Of a stretch of DNA of 64,000 nucleotides, positions 50,227 through 59,849 are shown one piece after another. The position numbers and the translations under genes are program-made. The number at the start of each line of letters is the position of its first letter. Position 1 is the first letter of the stretch. Below the pieces are notes generated by a model. The model did no database searches and had not been told where the DNA came from. It worked only from the letters and a program-made list of their open reading frames with translations. The stretch comes from Desulfobacula sp. (GTDB lineage: Bacteria; Desulfobacterota; Desulfobacteria; Desulfobacterales; Desulfobacteraceae): contig JANQML010000093.1 of NCBI GenBank assembly GCA_028280105.1, positions 1,206 through 65,205 of the forward strand, written 5' to 3'.

Positions 50227-51699
50227 TCAGATGTACCAGGCCGTCCCATTTGCCCACCTCCCGTTTCCGGCGGAAAAAAAGGATACCGGATCAGACCTTA
50301 ACTCCTCGTAAGATTGCCGCAAGGCTCGTCTGCCGTTCAGGTTGTTGGGTTCCTCACTCATGGACCGGTACAATTTTTCCATATCTTTTCTCAACTCATC
50401 CAGTTGTACCATCAGGTCTTTTAAAGGATGATCGATTCCATTTTCAGGTGCTGGTGCGGATTCGGACAGGTCAGGGGCAGCAAGGGGCTGAATCACTGGG
50501 TTCAAACCGGATTCCGGTGTCATTTCACTCTCTCCCCTGGGCGAATGGGTTGCCAGATCGATTTGATGGATCGACCCCACATTTCCGTTTTCAAATAAAA
50601 ACACCCCGGTTCTCTGCATCTTCCCCTGCAGGGTATTATCCGCCTCCACCACATCAATGGTTGTGGCGGCATAATCAAGATAAATGGCACCCAATCCGGC
50701 ATCTTTTAAAGAGATAAGCCGGTCCTGCCCGTTTTCGTCCTTTGTCCACACCGACAACTGGGAAAAAATAGCATCGTTTTCGTCAATCCAGTTATTCTGG
50801 TCCTCATCATATGCTGCCAGCTCTTTAAAACCATTTCCCGTGCCCGGTCCGAACAACTCAGACCCGTCATTGATTACCTGATCGTTGTTTTTATCAAATG
50901 CCAGGAATCCACTGCCCTGACCTGCAAAGTTGATCTGTTCGGCAGTACCGTCAGAATCCAGGTCAAACTCAAACCGGGCATCGGTCAACTGCGGTACGTT
51001 TCCATCCAGGCTGATGACCAGCGGATCAATGAGGGTCCCGTCCGCCCGCTGCCGCTGGGCAAAAATTTCTTCTTCCTCTTTGGAAAGAAAGGTCCGGTCC
51101 AGGGAGATGTCCAGTGAGAAATCGATCACCCTGCCGTCTTCAGTGATCACGTTGCCAAAGGAGGCAAACCGGACCTGCTCTTCTTCAATCCGTGTTGTTA
51201 CTCTATTGATTGACATGCCCCATCGGGAGAATGATTGCAATTGTATGGCCGGCGGGTTCATGATCCGGGCCTCTCCCTGATCAACCGGACGGATACTGTC
51301 ACCATCGGATAATACCTGGCCGGAGGGAATACGTGACCCCTCTTGCAGTTCAAATCTGCGAATGGAAATTCCCCGGTTTAAAACCCCTTCGACCATGCGT
51401 TCAACCACCTGTTCTCCCGAATACTCGGTGATTTGTCCCGAAGCTATATCCTGAACCGATGAACGGCTGGAAACATGAGCGGCGTAATTCGACCGGTATT
51501 CCAAACTGCGGCCCTGACGGATGCTGACCCGGTCCGAAACCACCTGGGTGATATTCGGGCCGGCCGGGCGTCCGAACCGGGGACGCCGTGATATCTGCTG
51601 AGTAACCTGTTCAGATTCCTCTCTTCTAAATGAAAACGATTCCAGCTTTTCAGACTGGCTCTCAGACAACAAAGAAACTGTAGCATTTGAGATTTTCAT
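50227..51699 (-). CDS. hypothetical protein with Ca-binding/EF-hand-like repeats
   Basis: DPLVISLDG, FDLDSDG, DKNNDQVINDGSELFG, YDEDQNNWIDEND. Confidence 0.65.
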   Translation of the reverse strand: MKISNATVSLLSESQSEKLESFSFRREESEQVTQQISRRPRFGRPAGPNITQVVSDRVSIRQGRSLEYRSNYAAHVSSRSSVQDIASGQITEYSGEQVVERMVEGVLNRGISIRRFELQEGSRIPSGQVLSDGDSIRPVDQGEARIMNPPAIQLQSFSRWGMSINRVTTRIEEEQVRFASFGNVITEDGRVIDFSLDISLDRTFLSKEEEEIFAQRQRADGTLIDPLVISLDGNVPQLTDARFEFDLDSDGTAEQINFAGQGSGFLAFDKNNDQVINDGSELFGPGTGNGFKELAAYDEDQNNWIDENDAIFSQLSVWTKDENGQDRLISLKDAGLGAIYLDYAATTIDVVEADNTLQGKMQRTGVFLFENGNVGSIHQIDLATHSPRGESEMTPESGLNPVIQPLAAPDLSESAPAPENGIDHPLKDLMVQLDELRKDMEKLYRSMSEEPNNLNGRRALRQSYEELRSDPVSFFSAGNGRWANGTAWYI

Positions 51700-51988
51700 T
51701 TCAAGCTCCCTCCCTGGAATTGATTGGCTTTTATTCTATCATTTCGGATGTGTGGCGAAAGATTCGAACATTAATTGTGCGAACCATACTTAAACTCATC
51801 GGCATATTTTATGATTACTAAAAATAAAATTTAAATTATTAAGATAGTTAAACGTCTCAATCATCGGTGTTACCCTTTAAGATAAGGGTTGAAACCGTTT
51901 GAGAATTAATGATATCTATGAGATTGTTTTAAAAATCGCATTGAACACGAATGAAACACAATGCTAATATAAACATTGTATATACAGT

Positions 51989-53332
51989 ATGAGTTATCAA
52001 GCCATTGAACATATTGCCGCGGGCCAGTTTAAGGCGGCCAGGGAGAGGCGTGAAATTTATCAGGTATACCTGGCCACCTGTGTCGGCGTTGCCCTGTATG
52101 ATCAAACGGTTAAAGCCGGAGGAATTATCCATATCCTGCTTCCCGAGCCGCCGGGGGTGTCAACCCCTCTTTTTCCGGAAAAATATGCTTCAACCGGTAT
52201 TCCCATGTTAATCAACGAACTTCTTGACGCAGGCGCCACACCGGAAAACATCAAAGCCACCATTGCCGGCGGTGCCCTGGTGGGACCGGTCAGCCGGCAG
52301 GATATCAATCTGGATATCGGCGGGCGGACCACGGATATTGCCATGGATGTTTTAAAAAAAGCCGGAATCAAAACCATCAAATCCGAAACCGGGGGATTTT
52401 TCACCTGCACACTTGAACTGGATATGGCAACCGGCGACACCCGGATCAAACCGGCCTGGGATATCGACCGTCCGTTGAGCAAACCGTTTTCCACTCCCAC
52501 TGAAGCGGATATTAAAACCACCATCGACCAGCTCAAACCCATTCCCCAGACCGCATTGAAAATTTTACGGATGTTTCAATCCAATGCCGGGGATATTTCA
52601 GATATTGCCGGGGTTCTGGGTAAAGACCAGGTGCTTTCGGCCAAAACACTTAAAATCTGCAATTCAGCTGTTTTTTCAGGCACCGTTAAAATCGACTCTT
52701 TAAAAGATGCCGTGCTGCTGATGGGAGAAAACCTGCTGATCAAGTCCGTGATAACGGCAGCGGTCCAAACCTACTATAACCAGACCGGTTCTTCCGGGTA
52801 TTCACTGTGCAAGGGCGGTCTGTTCTTCCATGCGGTCGGGGTGGCAAAAATGGCAGATATCATCGCAGAAAGATGTGAGATATCACGGCCGGAACTGGCC
52901 TATACGGCGGGCCTGCTCCATGATATCGGCAAGGTGGTACTGGACCAGTATGTTGCCGAGTCCACTCCTCTTTTTTTCAGGCAGATCATTCAGGAGCACG
53001 AAGATTTTATAAATTCGGAAAAAAAACTGCTGGGAATCACCCATTGTGAGGCCGGTTCCATGCTGGCCAATCAATGGAATTTTTCAGACAGCCTCAAAGA
53101 GATCATCCATTTGCACCACTCACCCATGCTGGCTGAAAAAAACAAGGATCTGGTGTATACCATCTATCTGTCGGACCTTTTGATAGAAAAGTTCGGCCCG
53201 GGGCTGGATCTGGAAAAAACCCAGACCCAATGTTATGAAAACGCCCTGAATCATCTGGGCCTTAAACCGGCGGATCTGCCGGAACTGCTGGATGAATTTC
53301 CGTTAAACGTATTTACAGACGAAAATTTTTAA
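51989..53332 (+). CDS. CheD-HDOD fusion protein
   Basis: N-terminal TCVGVALYD...HILLP, KYA, GGA (CheD); C-terminal PIPQ, AGLLHDIGK, HHSP (HDOD). Confidence 0.85.
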   Translation: MSYQAIEHIAAGQFKAARERREIYQVYLATCVGVALYDQTVKAGGIIHILLPEPPGVSTPLFPEKYASTGIPMLINELLDAGATPENIKATIAGGALVGPVSRQDINLDIGGRTTDIAMDVLKKAGIKTIKSETGGFFTCTLELDMATGDTRIKPAWDIDRPLSKPFSTPTEADIKTTIDQLKPIPQTALKILRMFQSNAGDISDIAGVLGKDQVLSAKTLKICNSAVFSGTVKIDSLKDAVLLMGENLLIKSVITAAVQTYYNQTGSSGYSLCKGGLFFHAVGVAKMADIIAERCEISRPELAYTAGLLHDIGKVVLDQYVAESTPLFFRQIIQEHEDFINSEKKLLGITHCEAGSMLANQWNFSDSLKEIIHLHHSPMLAEKNKDLVYTIYLSDLLIEKFGPGLDLEKTQTQCYENALNHLGLKPADLPELLDEFPLNVFTDENF

Positions 53333-53363
53333 CCCATCAATTTTAACCATCAAAGAGACCACC

Positions 53364-54776
53364 ATGTCTGAAACCGACAAGAACAAACTGCTTCGACGGC
53401 TTCCCGGCGTAGATCATTTGCTGGCACTGGCCCAAAAAGAAGAACGGTTTGAACCGATTCCCCGAAGCGTGATACTGGCATCCGTACGAACAGCCATTGA
53501 TTCCATCCGGAAAAAAATCCTGGACGGCAAGACGGACGAAATCACGGTAACCCTTGTCCTTGAGGCTGCTTACAAAACCGCATCTGAAAAAATCGCCCCC
53601 AACCTTGTGAGCCTGATCAATGCCACGGGTGTGGTGCTGCATACCAACCTGGGACGGGCACTGCTGTGTGAGGAAGCACTGGATAATATTCAAACCGTTG
53701 CCCGGACCTATTCCAATCTGGAACTGAACGTTAAAACCGGTAAACGGGGAATCCGGTATCAGGCCGTGGAAGAGTTGATCTGTGAGCTGACCGGCGCTCC
53801 CAGCGCAATTGCGGTAAACAACAACGCAGGTGCGGTTCTCCTGGCGCTGAACACCATTGCCGAAGGCAAAGAGGCGGTGGTGTCACGGGGGGAACTGGTT
53901 GAGATCGGGGGATCTTTCAGGGTTCCGGATGTGATGGCAAAAAGCGGCGGCATTCTCAGGGAGGTCGGTACGACCAACCGGACCCATCTCAGGGATTATG
54001 AAGGTGCGATAAATGAAAAGACCGGGCTCTTTCTCAAGGTTCATGCCAGTAATTATAAAATCCAGGGTTTTACGGCAGATGTACCCCTAAAGGAACTGGT
54101 CGACCTGGGCCACTCAAAAGGCATTCTCATCATGGAAGATCTGGGCTCCGGCACCTTGATCGACTTTTCCCAATACGGTCTTCCCAGCGAACCCCCGGTA
54201 TCGGCATCGGTAAAAACAGGGGCCGACGTGGTCACATTCAGCGGGGATAAACTGTTGGGGGGCCCCCAGGCCGGTATCATTGTCGGCAACAAAGAGACCA
54301 TCGACCGGATAAAAAGCAATCCCATGACACGGGCGCTGCGCATCGACAAACTCACCCTGGCGGCCCTTGAATCCACATTACGGCTCTATCTGGATGAAAA
54401 AGAGGCGATGGAAAAAATTCCCACCCTCCGGATGCTCACCATGGACCCGGGCCGGATCCGAAAAAAGGCAGACAGACTTCTGGCAGCGGTTAAAATGCAT
54501 GCCGGGTCCGTTGTCACGGCCGAGCTGGCAGATATGAACTCACGACCGGGCGGCGGTTCGTTCCCCGAACTCATGCTCCCCACCCGGTGTGTCACCCTGT
54601 CATCCGAAACCCTATCTGTTTCCGGCCTTGAAAAACGGATGAGACTGTCAAATCCCGCCATCATCGGCAGGATAGAAGATAACCGATATATCCTCGACCC
54701 CCGGACCATTCAGGACGGGCAGGAAGAGATCATCGCAACAACCCTATCACGGATACTGGACCCAAATGCTCCCTAA
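53364..54776 (+). CDS. selA: L-seryl-tRNA(Sec) selenium transferase
   Basis: INATGVVLHTNLGRA, SRGELVEIGGSFR, SGDKLLGGPQAG. Confidence 0.97.
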   Translation: MSETDKNKLLRRLPGVDHLLALAQKEERFEPIPRSVILASVRTAIDSIRKKILDGKTDEITVTLVLEAAYKTASEKIAPNLVSLINATGVVLHTNLGRALLCEEALDNIQTVARTYSNLELNVKTGKRGIRYQAVEELICELTGAPSAIAVNNNAGAVLLALNTIAEGKEAVVSRGELVEIGGSFRVPDVMAKSGGILREVGTTNRTHLRDYEGAINEKTGLFLKVHASNYKIQGFTADVPLKELVDLGHSKGILIMEDLGSGTLIDFSQYGLPSEPPVSASVKTGADVVTFSGDKLLGGPQAGIIVGNKETIDRIKSNPMTRALRIDKLTLAALESTLRLYLDEKEAMEKIPTLRMLTMDPGRIRKKADRLLAAVKMHAGSVVTAELADMNSRPGGGSFPELMLPTRCVTLSSETLSVSGLEKRMRLSNPAIIGRIEDNRYILDPRTIQDGQEEIIATTLSRILDPNAP

Positions 54777-55983
54777 ATTTTACTCCAAAGAAGTACACTT
54801 CCTGAAAACAGACTCGGATCTGACCATCACACCGCCGGATCATTTTTTTTGTGATCTGATTTCCTCACGGACAGGTTCGCTGACCCGGTTCAAAAACCGG
54901 CTGCAACAGACAAAGATCCCGGGTAACCGTTTCCTGTGCGCAACCATGGAATTGGCATCCGATATCCCGGACCCGGACAGGGAGAAGGTAAAAACAACGT
55001 TTGAGAACACGTTCAATCTTGTCTTGGATAATGAAAGGGGAATCTGGGAATACCTGGGCGATCTGTCATTCATCATCGCCTTCTGGGACAATGAAAACAC
55101 CCAAAAGGCCTCCGAGTTAATGGTCTCTTTAAAAAATAAAATGTCCGGCGCATTGAAATCATCCATTCTTGTGGGAGTGGCTCGGTTTCCCTTTCATGAT
55201 TTTACCCGGTCCCAGACCGTTGACAATGCAATTAAAGCCATTGACCATGCCGCCTTTTTCGGACCGGACACCCTGATCCATTTTGACGGGGTTTCACTGA
55301 ATATCAGCGGCGACCGGTTTTACCAGACCCATCAATTTGAGATGGCCCGGACCGACTATTTAAAAGGCCTTGAGATCAAACCCAATGATATCAATCTGAT
55401 CAACAGCCTTGGGGTCTGCTACGGGGTGGCAGGAGAGCTTGAAAATGCGCGGACCGAATTTGAACGGGCCTTAAAAATCAACGCCAAGGAAGTGATGGTG
55501 ATCTACAATCTCGGACTCATCCACCGAATTGAAGAGGATCTTGACAAAGCGATCCTCTACCTGAGAAAAGCCCGTGCCATCAATGACCGGATTTTTGAGG
55601 TGGAGCTGTTATTGGGCCACCTGCTCTTTTTAAAGGGTCTGCATGAGCAGGCATTGCCCCACCTTGAAACGGCCATCCAAATAGACGATACATCAGCAGC
55701 CGCCTTTCGGTTAAAAGGGGAGATTCTTTTGGCGGACAGACAACCGGATGAGGCGGCAAAGGCATTTAACCGGGCAATCAAAATCAATCCGTCCGATGCA
55801 ACATCCCTTTCCGGATATGCAAAATGCCTTGAGATTCAGAATAAAAACCTGACCATTGCACTCTCGTTTGCTAAAAATTCCATTGCCCTTGAACCGGATA
55901 ATACCCTGTTTCAGCAGCGCCTGAATACGATCCGGGAAAAAATTGACGGACTGGAACCGCCGGAACAGATTAAGACCGCATAA
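54766..55983 (+). CDS. TPR protein with degenerate GGDEF-like N-terminal domain
   Basis: VGVARFP...KAIDHAAFFG cyclase-fold tail, then multiple TPRs (NSLGVCY, YNLGL). Confidence 0.75.
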   Translation: MLPKFYSKEVHFLKTDSDLTITPPDHFFCDLISSRTGSLTRFKNRLQQTKIPGNRFLCATMELASDIPDPDREKVKTTFENTFNLVLDNERGIWEYLGDLSFIIAFWDNENTQKASELMVSLKNKMSGALKSSILVGVARFPFHDFTRSQTVDNAIKAIDHAAFFGPDTLIHFDGVSLNISGDRFYQTHQFEMARTDYLKGLEIKPNDINLINSLGVCYGVAGELENARTEFERALKINAKEVMVIYNLGLIHRIEEDLDKAILYLRKARAINDRIFEVELLLGHLLFLKGLHEQALPHLETAIQIDDTSAAAFRLKGEILLADRQPDEAAKAFNRAIKINPSDATSLSGYAKCLEIQNKNLTIALSFAKNSIALEPDNTLFQQRLNTIREKIDGLEPPEQIKTA

Positions 55984-56013
55984 CCAAAGAACCGGACAAT
56001 TCGCTGGAGTCAT

Positions 56014-56583
56014 ATGAAAGAGCTGATCCTGGAAACGCTTGCACAGAGCATGAATGTCAAGCAGGCATTTTTCAACACCTATACAGATACCATCCAGTCC
56101 TGCGCCCTGGCCATGGCGGACGCATTAAAAAACGAAAATAAGATCCTGCTGTTCGGTAACGGCGGCAGCGCCGCCGACTGCCAGCATATTGCCGCTGAAT
56201 TTGTGAACCGGTTCCAGATGGAACGCTCCCCGCTGCCGGCCCTAGCACTGACAACGGACACCTCCGTGATCACCAGTATCGGCAATGATTATTCGTTTGA
56301 TGATATCTTTTTCAAACAGATTCAGGCCCTGGGTCAGAAAGGAGATATGGCCATCGGCATTTCCACTTCAGGCAATTCCCCCAATGTACTGAAGGCGGCC
56401 CTCGAAGCAAAGAAAAGGGGCTTGTCAACAATCGGGTTTTCCGGCAGCAAAGGGGACCTTCAAACCATCTGCGATTATCCGTTCTGTGTGGATTCACCGG
56501 TTACCGCCAGAATCCAGGAAGTCCATATTCTTCTGGCTCATATCCTGTGCGACCTCACGGAAAGGATGTTGTTCAATGGCTGA
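56014..56583 (+). CDS. gmhA: phosphoheptose isomerase
   Basis: GNGGSAADCQH, STSGNS, RIQEVH. Confidence 0.95.
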   Translation: MKELILETLAQSMNVKQAFFNTYTDTIQSCALAMADALKNENKILLFGNGGSAADCQHIAAEFVNRFQMERSPLPALALTTDTSVITSIGNDYSFDDIFFKQIQALGQKGDMAIGISTSGNSPNVLKAALEAKKRGLSTIGFSGSKGDLQTICDYPFCVDSPVTARIQEVHILLAHILCDLTERMLFNG

Positions 56584-57529
56584 TATCAACTGCCCGGGCA
56601 ATCAACTGGACTATGGCAAGCTGTCGACCTATTCCATCAAGGATCGGAAAAGCAAGGTCAATATCAGAGATTTTTCAACCGCCTGGGAAAAGGGCGGCAG
56701 TTTTAAATCTTTTCTTGATACCCTGCCGGCCATTCTTGCAGGCAATGACCTGCGGGAGGTCATTGCCGCCGTCAGCCGGGCAGCCAAAAACAACAAACAG
56801 GTCTGCCTTGCCATGGGCGGCCATGTCATCAAAACCGGGATGTCCCCGATTCTCATCGACCTGATGGAAAAAAAAGTCCTCACGCTTCTGGCCATGAACG
56901 GGTCAGGCATTATCCATGATCTTGAAACAGCCCTCACCGGGCAGACCTCTGAAGATGTGGCTGCCTCCTTAGGTTCAGGCAGTTTCGGTATGGCAGAAGA
57001 AACCGTTCATTTTTTAAACCAGGCCATCGCAGATGCCAAGGATCAGGAGATGGGTCTGGGAGAAGCCGTGGGAAAGATGATCCTTCAAGAGGAGATGCCC
57101 CACAGAAACCTGAGCCTCACCGCCAGTGCCGCTGCCATGGAGATTCCTTTGACCGTGCATGTGGCCATGGGGACCGATATCATCCACATGCATCCGGATT
57201 TTGACGGGGCGGCCTGCGGGGCAGCCTCCCACAAAGACTTCAGGCGCTTTGCCGCCCGGATTGCCCGGCTTGAAAACGGCGTCTATATCAATGCCGGTTC
57301 CGCCGTGATCATGCCTGAAGTCTTTTTAAAGGCCGTTACCCTGGTCAGGAACCTGGGTCACGCCCTGGATGACTTTACCACGGTGAATCTTGACTTTATC
57401 CGCCATTACAGGCCCATGACCAATGTGGTCAACCGCCCCACCCTTGGCAAAGGCAGAGGATATTCCATTGTCGGCCATCATGAGATCTTAATCCCCTTGA
57501 TTTGTGCAGGTGTCATCGAAGCTCTATAA
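56576..57529 (+). CDS. deoxyhypusine-synthase-fold hypothetical protein
   Basis: MGGHVIK, MNGSGIIHD, GTDIIH, GSAVIMPEVFLKA, GHHE; start ATG 56576 overlapping gmhA stop. Confidence 0.65.
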   Translation: MADINCPGNQLDYGKLSTYSIKDRKSKVNIRDFSTAWEKGGSFKSFLDTLPAILAGNDLREVIAAVSRAAKNNKQVCLAMGGHVIKTGMSPILIDLMEKKVLTLLAMNGSGIIHDLETALTGQTSEDVAASLGSGSFGMAEETVHFLNQAIADAKDQEMGLGEAVGKMILQEEMPHRNLSLTASAAAMEIPLTVHVAMGTDIIHMHPDFDGAACGAASHKDFRRFAARIARLENGVYINAGSAVIMPEVFLKAVTLVRNLGHALDDFTTVNLDFIRHYRPMTNVVNRPTLGKGRGYSIVGHHEILIPLICAGVIEAL

Positions 57530-57544
57530 GGAATCCAATATAAA

Positions 57545-58072
57545 ATGCGTCAACCCAATCTTATCCTTACCGGGTTCATGGCAACCGGCAAAACCACGAT
57601 TGCCAAACGACTTGCCAACCAGCTGAACTATGAGTGGATCGATACCGATGAGATGATTGTGCAACAGACAGGACTATCTGTTGCGCAAATTTTTCAAAAA
57701 AAAGGGGAACCGGTGTTTCGAGCGCTGGAAAAAGACCTGGCCCAACACCTTTCAACCCGACAGGGCCTGGTCATTTCAACCGGCGGGGGAATGCTGCTGA
57801 ACCCGGAAAATGTATCGCTGCTCAGTCAAAACGGGCAAATTTTCTGCCTGACGGCATCCCCGGAAGAAATCCTCCGGCGCATTTCAGATGATACCCATGC
57901 CAAACGTCCGCTGCTTGAATCCCCAGACCCCATGAACCGGATTAAAACACTTTTAAAACAGCGGGAAGAAGGATATGCCCGGTTCACCCAGATCGACACT
58001 TCGGGGAAAACACCGGAACAGGTGGTTTCACTTATCATGGATCTAAAAACAACCCGTCAGGCGGGTGATTAG
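57545..58072 (+). CDS. aroK: shikimate kinase
   Basis: GFMATGKTT, DTD, GEPVFR, STGGG, RPLL. Confidence 0.95.
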   Translation: MRQPNLILTGFMATGKTTIAKRLANQLNYEWIDTDEMIVQQTGLSVAQIFQKKGEPVFRALEKDLAQHLSTRQGLVISTGGGMLLNPENVSLLSQNGQIFCLTASPEEILRRISDDTHAKRPLLESPDPMNRIKTLLKQREEGYARFTQIDTSGKTPEQVVSLIMDLKTTRQAGD

Positions 58073-58176
58073 CTGATCTATAACAGATATCGAAAGCGCA
58101 AGGGTCAGGCGCTAAACATCTGCTAGCACTTTAGATCTTAAAAACAGATTAAACAATTGAATTTATTGAAAATGAT

Positions 58177-58202
58177 TGGTGGAGGCGGCGGGAGTTGAAC
58201 CC
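58177..58202 (-). repeat. att site: duplicated 3' end of tmRNA (ssrA)
   Basis: Minus strand GGGTTCAACTCCCGCCGCCTCCACCA = T-arm, acceptor strand and CCA typical of tmRNA; similarity stops beyond the T-arm. Confidence 0.8.
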
Positions 58203-58259
58203 ATGCCCTACCCCTATTAACAAGGGTTTCAAAGGTTGGTGCTAAACATGCGCTAACCT

Positions 58260-59144
58260 TTAATATGCTTGAACCCCATTTTTTAATAACAGTCTTGGTA
58301 AAATATCATCCAAGTTTAAAACGTCTTTATCCTCCAATTCAATGAGGTTGAAATCATATTTTTTGTACAGATCAAGTTTTTGCTTTTTCCTGGACAGGTA
58401 TTTTTCATTGTTTTCATAGCCCCAATACTCAATATAAACTTTACCCGTGGGGATATAAAAGTCTGAATAGACATCTTCCTCTATCGGCAATTTTCGTTCA
58501 TATGCATGGACTATCTCAGCCATATAGAGCCAGTTATCAATTATCATCTCGGCTTTGGATCTGACAAAATGACCATCTGTGGCACGATGTTTTGCCACAA
58601 ACTTTTCTCTGAAATCAGCTTCAGCTGGTTTGATTTCTTCATTAACCGGCGCATCTCCTTCTATGGTTCCCCCGATATCTTTTACAGAATTTATGAATAT
58701 CTTTGATTTTATAATGGACTCAGGCCATCGAATATACGGTATTCCAGATTTTTTATCCTCATCCTGTAGACCACCCTGCCTTTTTCCCTGTATTGTTATG
58801 CGCCATCCTTTCAGTCCTTTTTGCGCCCATCCCAGTTCTGAAAAAAGATAGTTTATTTTGTTCGCAGAAAGTTTGAATGTCTTTCCAATGGCTGTCGCTG
58901 TTATCAAGGTTTCTTTTCCAACATCGTCAAGGGTAAAATTTTCCGGCCAGGTAATATACTTTCCGTATTGTTTACTTGTTACAAATTTGCCGCCAATTTT
59001 GACACCTTGATCTGTCAAGCACCATAATTTGTCCTTTTTTTCAATCAAGCCCTTTTGAAGCAGTTGAGCAAACATTTCTTTAGCTTCGATTTTGTGTTTT
59101 TTTGCCAATGCTGTTGTTGAAATTTGTTTCACAGATTTTTCCAT
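58260..59144 (-). CDS. tandem KilAC/winged-helix-like repeats + PD-(D/E)XK-like nuclease domain
   Basis: Two ~60 aa repeats each ending Y(I)xWPE; C-terminal GHFVRSKAE...YE...SDFYIP...IEYWG; AGGAG RBS overlapping repressor stop. Confidence 0.7.
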   Translation of the reverse strand: MEKSVKQISTTALAKKHKIEAKEMFAQLLQKGLIEKKDKLWCLTDQGVKIGGKFVTSKQYGKYITWPENFTLDDVGKETLITATAIGKTFKLSANKINYLFSELGWAQKGLKGWRITIQGKRQGGLQDEDKKSGIPYIRWPESIIKSKIFINSVKDIGGTIEGDAPVNEEIKPAEADFREKFVAKHRATDGHFVRSKAEMIIDNWLYMAEIVHAYERKLPIEEDVYSDFYIPTGKVYIEYWGYENNEKYLSRKKQKLDLYKKYDFNLIELEDKDVLNLDDILPRLLLKNGVQAY

Positions 59145-59155
59145 CTTAGAACTCC

Positions 59156-59506
59156 TCATTTTTTAATTGGCAATCTGTTTACAAGGTTTTTCATGAGTTT
59201 TAGATCTTCATATGAAGTTTTTTCTAATTTGCTGACGATATCTGATATGATTTTCGTGCTTTCAATTTTCTTTGATTCCTTTCCGGTCCTTAATTGATCG
59301 CCGATAGTTAGCATTTCTATGTAACTTTTTTTAAAATAATCGGCTATTAAAATACGTTTTTCCTCTGAAAAGCCTCTTTCACCTTTAAGATAAGAATTAA
59401 AATTAGGTCTTTTAAATCCTAAATCGTCTGCAATTACACTTTGTTTGATTTGATTTTCTTTTATCAAATGCAAAACACATTTTCGAAATAAATTAGCGGG
59501 ATTCAT
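59156..59506 (-). CDS. XRE-family HTH prophage repressor
   Basis: KQSVIADDLGFKRPNFNSYLKGER HTH; divergent from the phage operon. Confidence 0.8.
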   Translation of the reverse strand: MNPANLFRKCVLHLIKENQIKQSVIADDLGFKRPNFNSYLKGERGFSEEKRILIADYFKKSYIEMLTIGDQLRTGKESKKIESTKIISDIVSKLEKTSYEDLKLMKNLVNRLPIKK

Positions 59507-59646
59507 AACTATTATCTTTAAATGGTAATCGATTAAAAATCAATTTACGAAAAATGGTAATTTTTTATTGATTTAATTTTCATTTATTGATAATAAAATT
59601 TTTATAAGATCATAAATCATGTTAAAAAATTATCAAAGGACTCACC

Positions 59647-59838
59647 ATGACCAGAGACGAAGCAATAGAAAGAATTCGGCAAGTCGTTTCAAAAGAGCAT
59701 CAGGCTAAAATTGAATCAGATCCCATTACAGGCAAATTCGGTTCATATGCTGAGATGATAGGCGGCGTTCGCGCTATCCTCGGAATGCTTGCCGATGCTG
59801 AGAGAGCTAAAAGGGAGTATCAGGATAATAAAAGATAA
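59647..59838 (+). CDS. small phage protein (first gene of the divergent operon)
   Basis: 63 aa, AAGGA RBS, position equivalent to Pf excisionase/activator. Confidence 0.6.
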   Translation: MTRDEAIERIRQVVSKEHQAKIESDPITGKFGSYAEMIGGVRAILGMLADAERAKREYQDNKR

Positions 59839-59849
59839 AGGATAATCAA

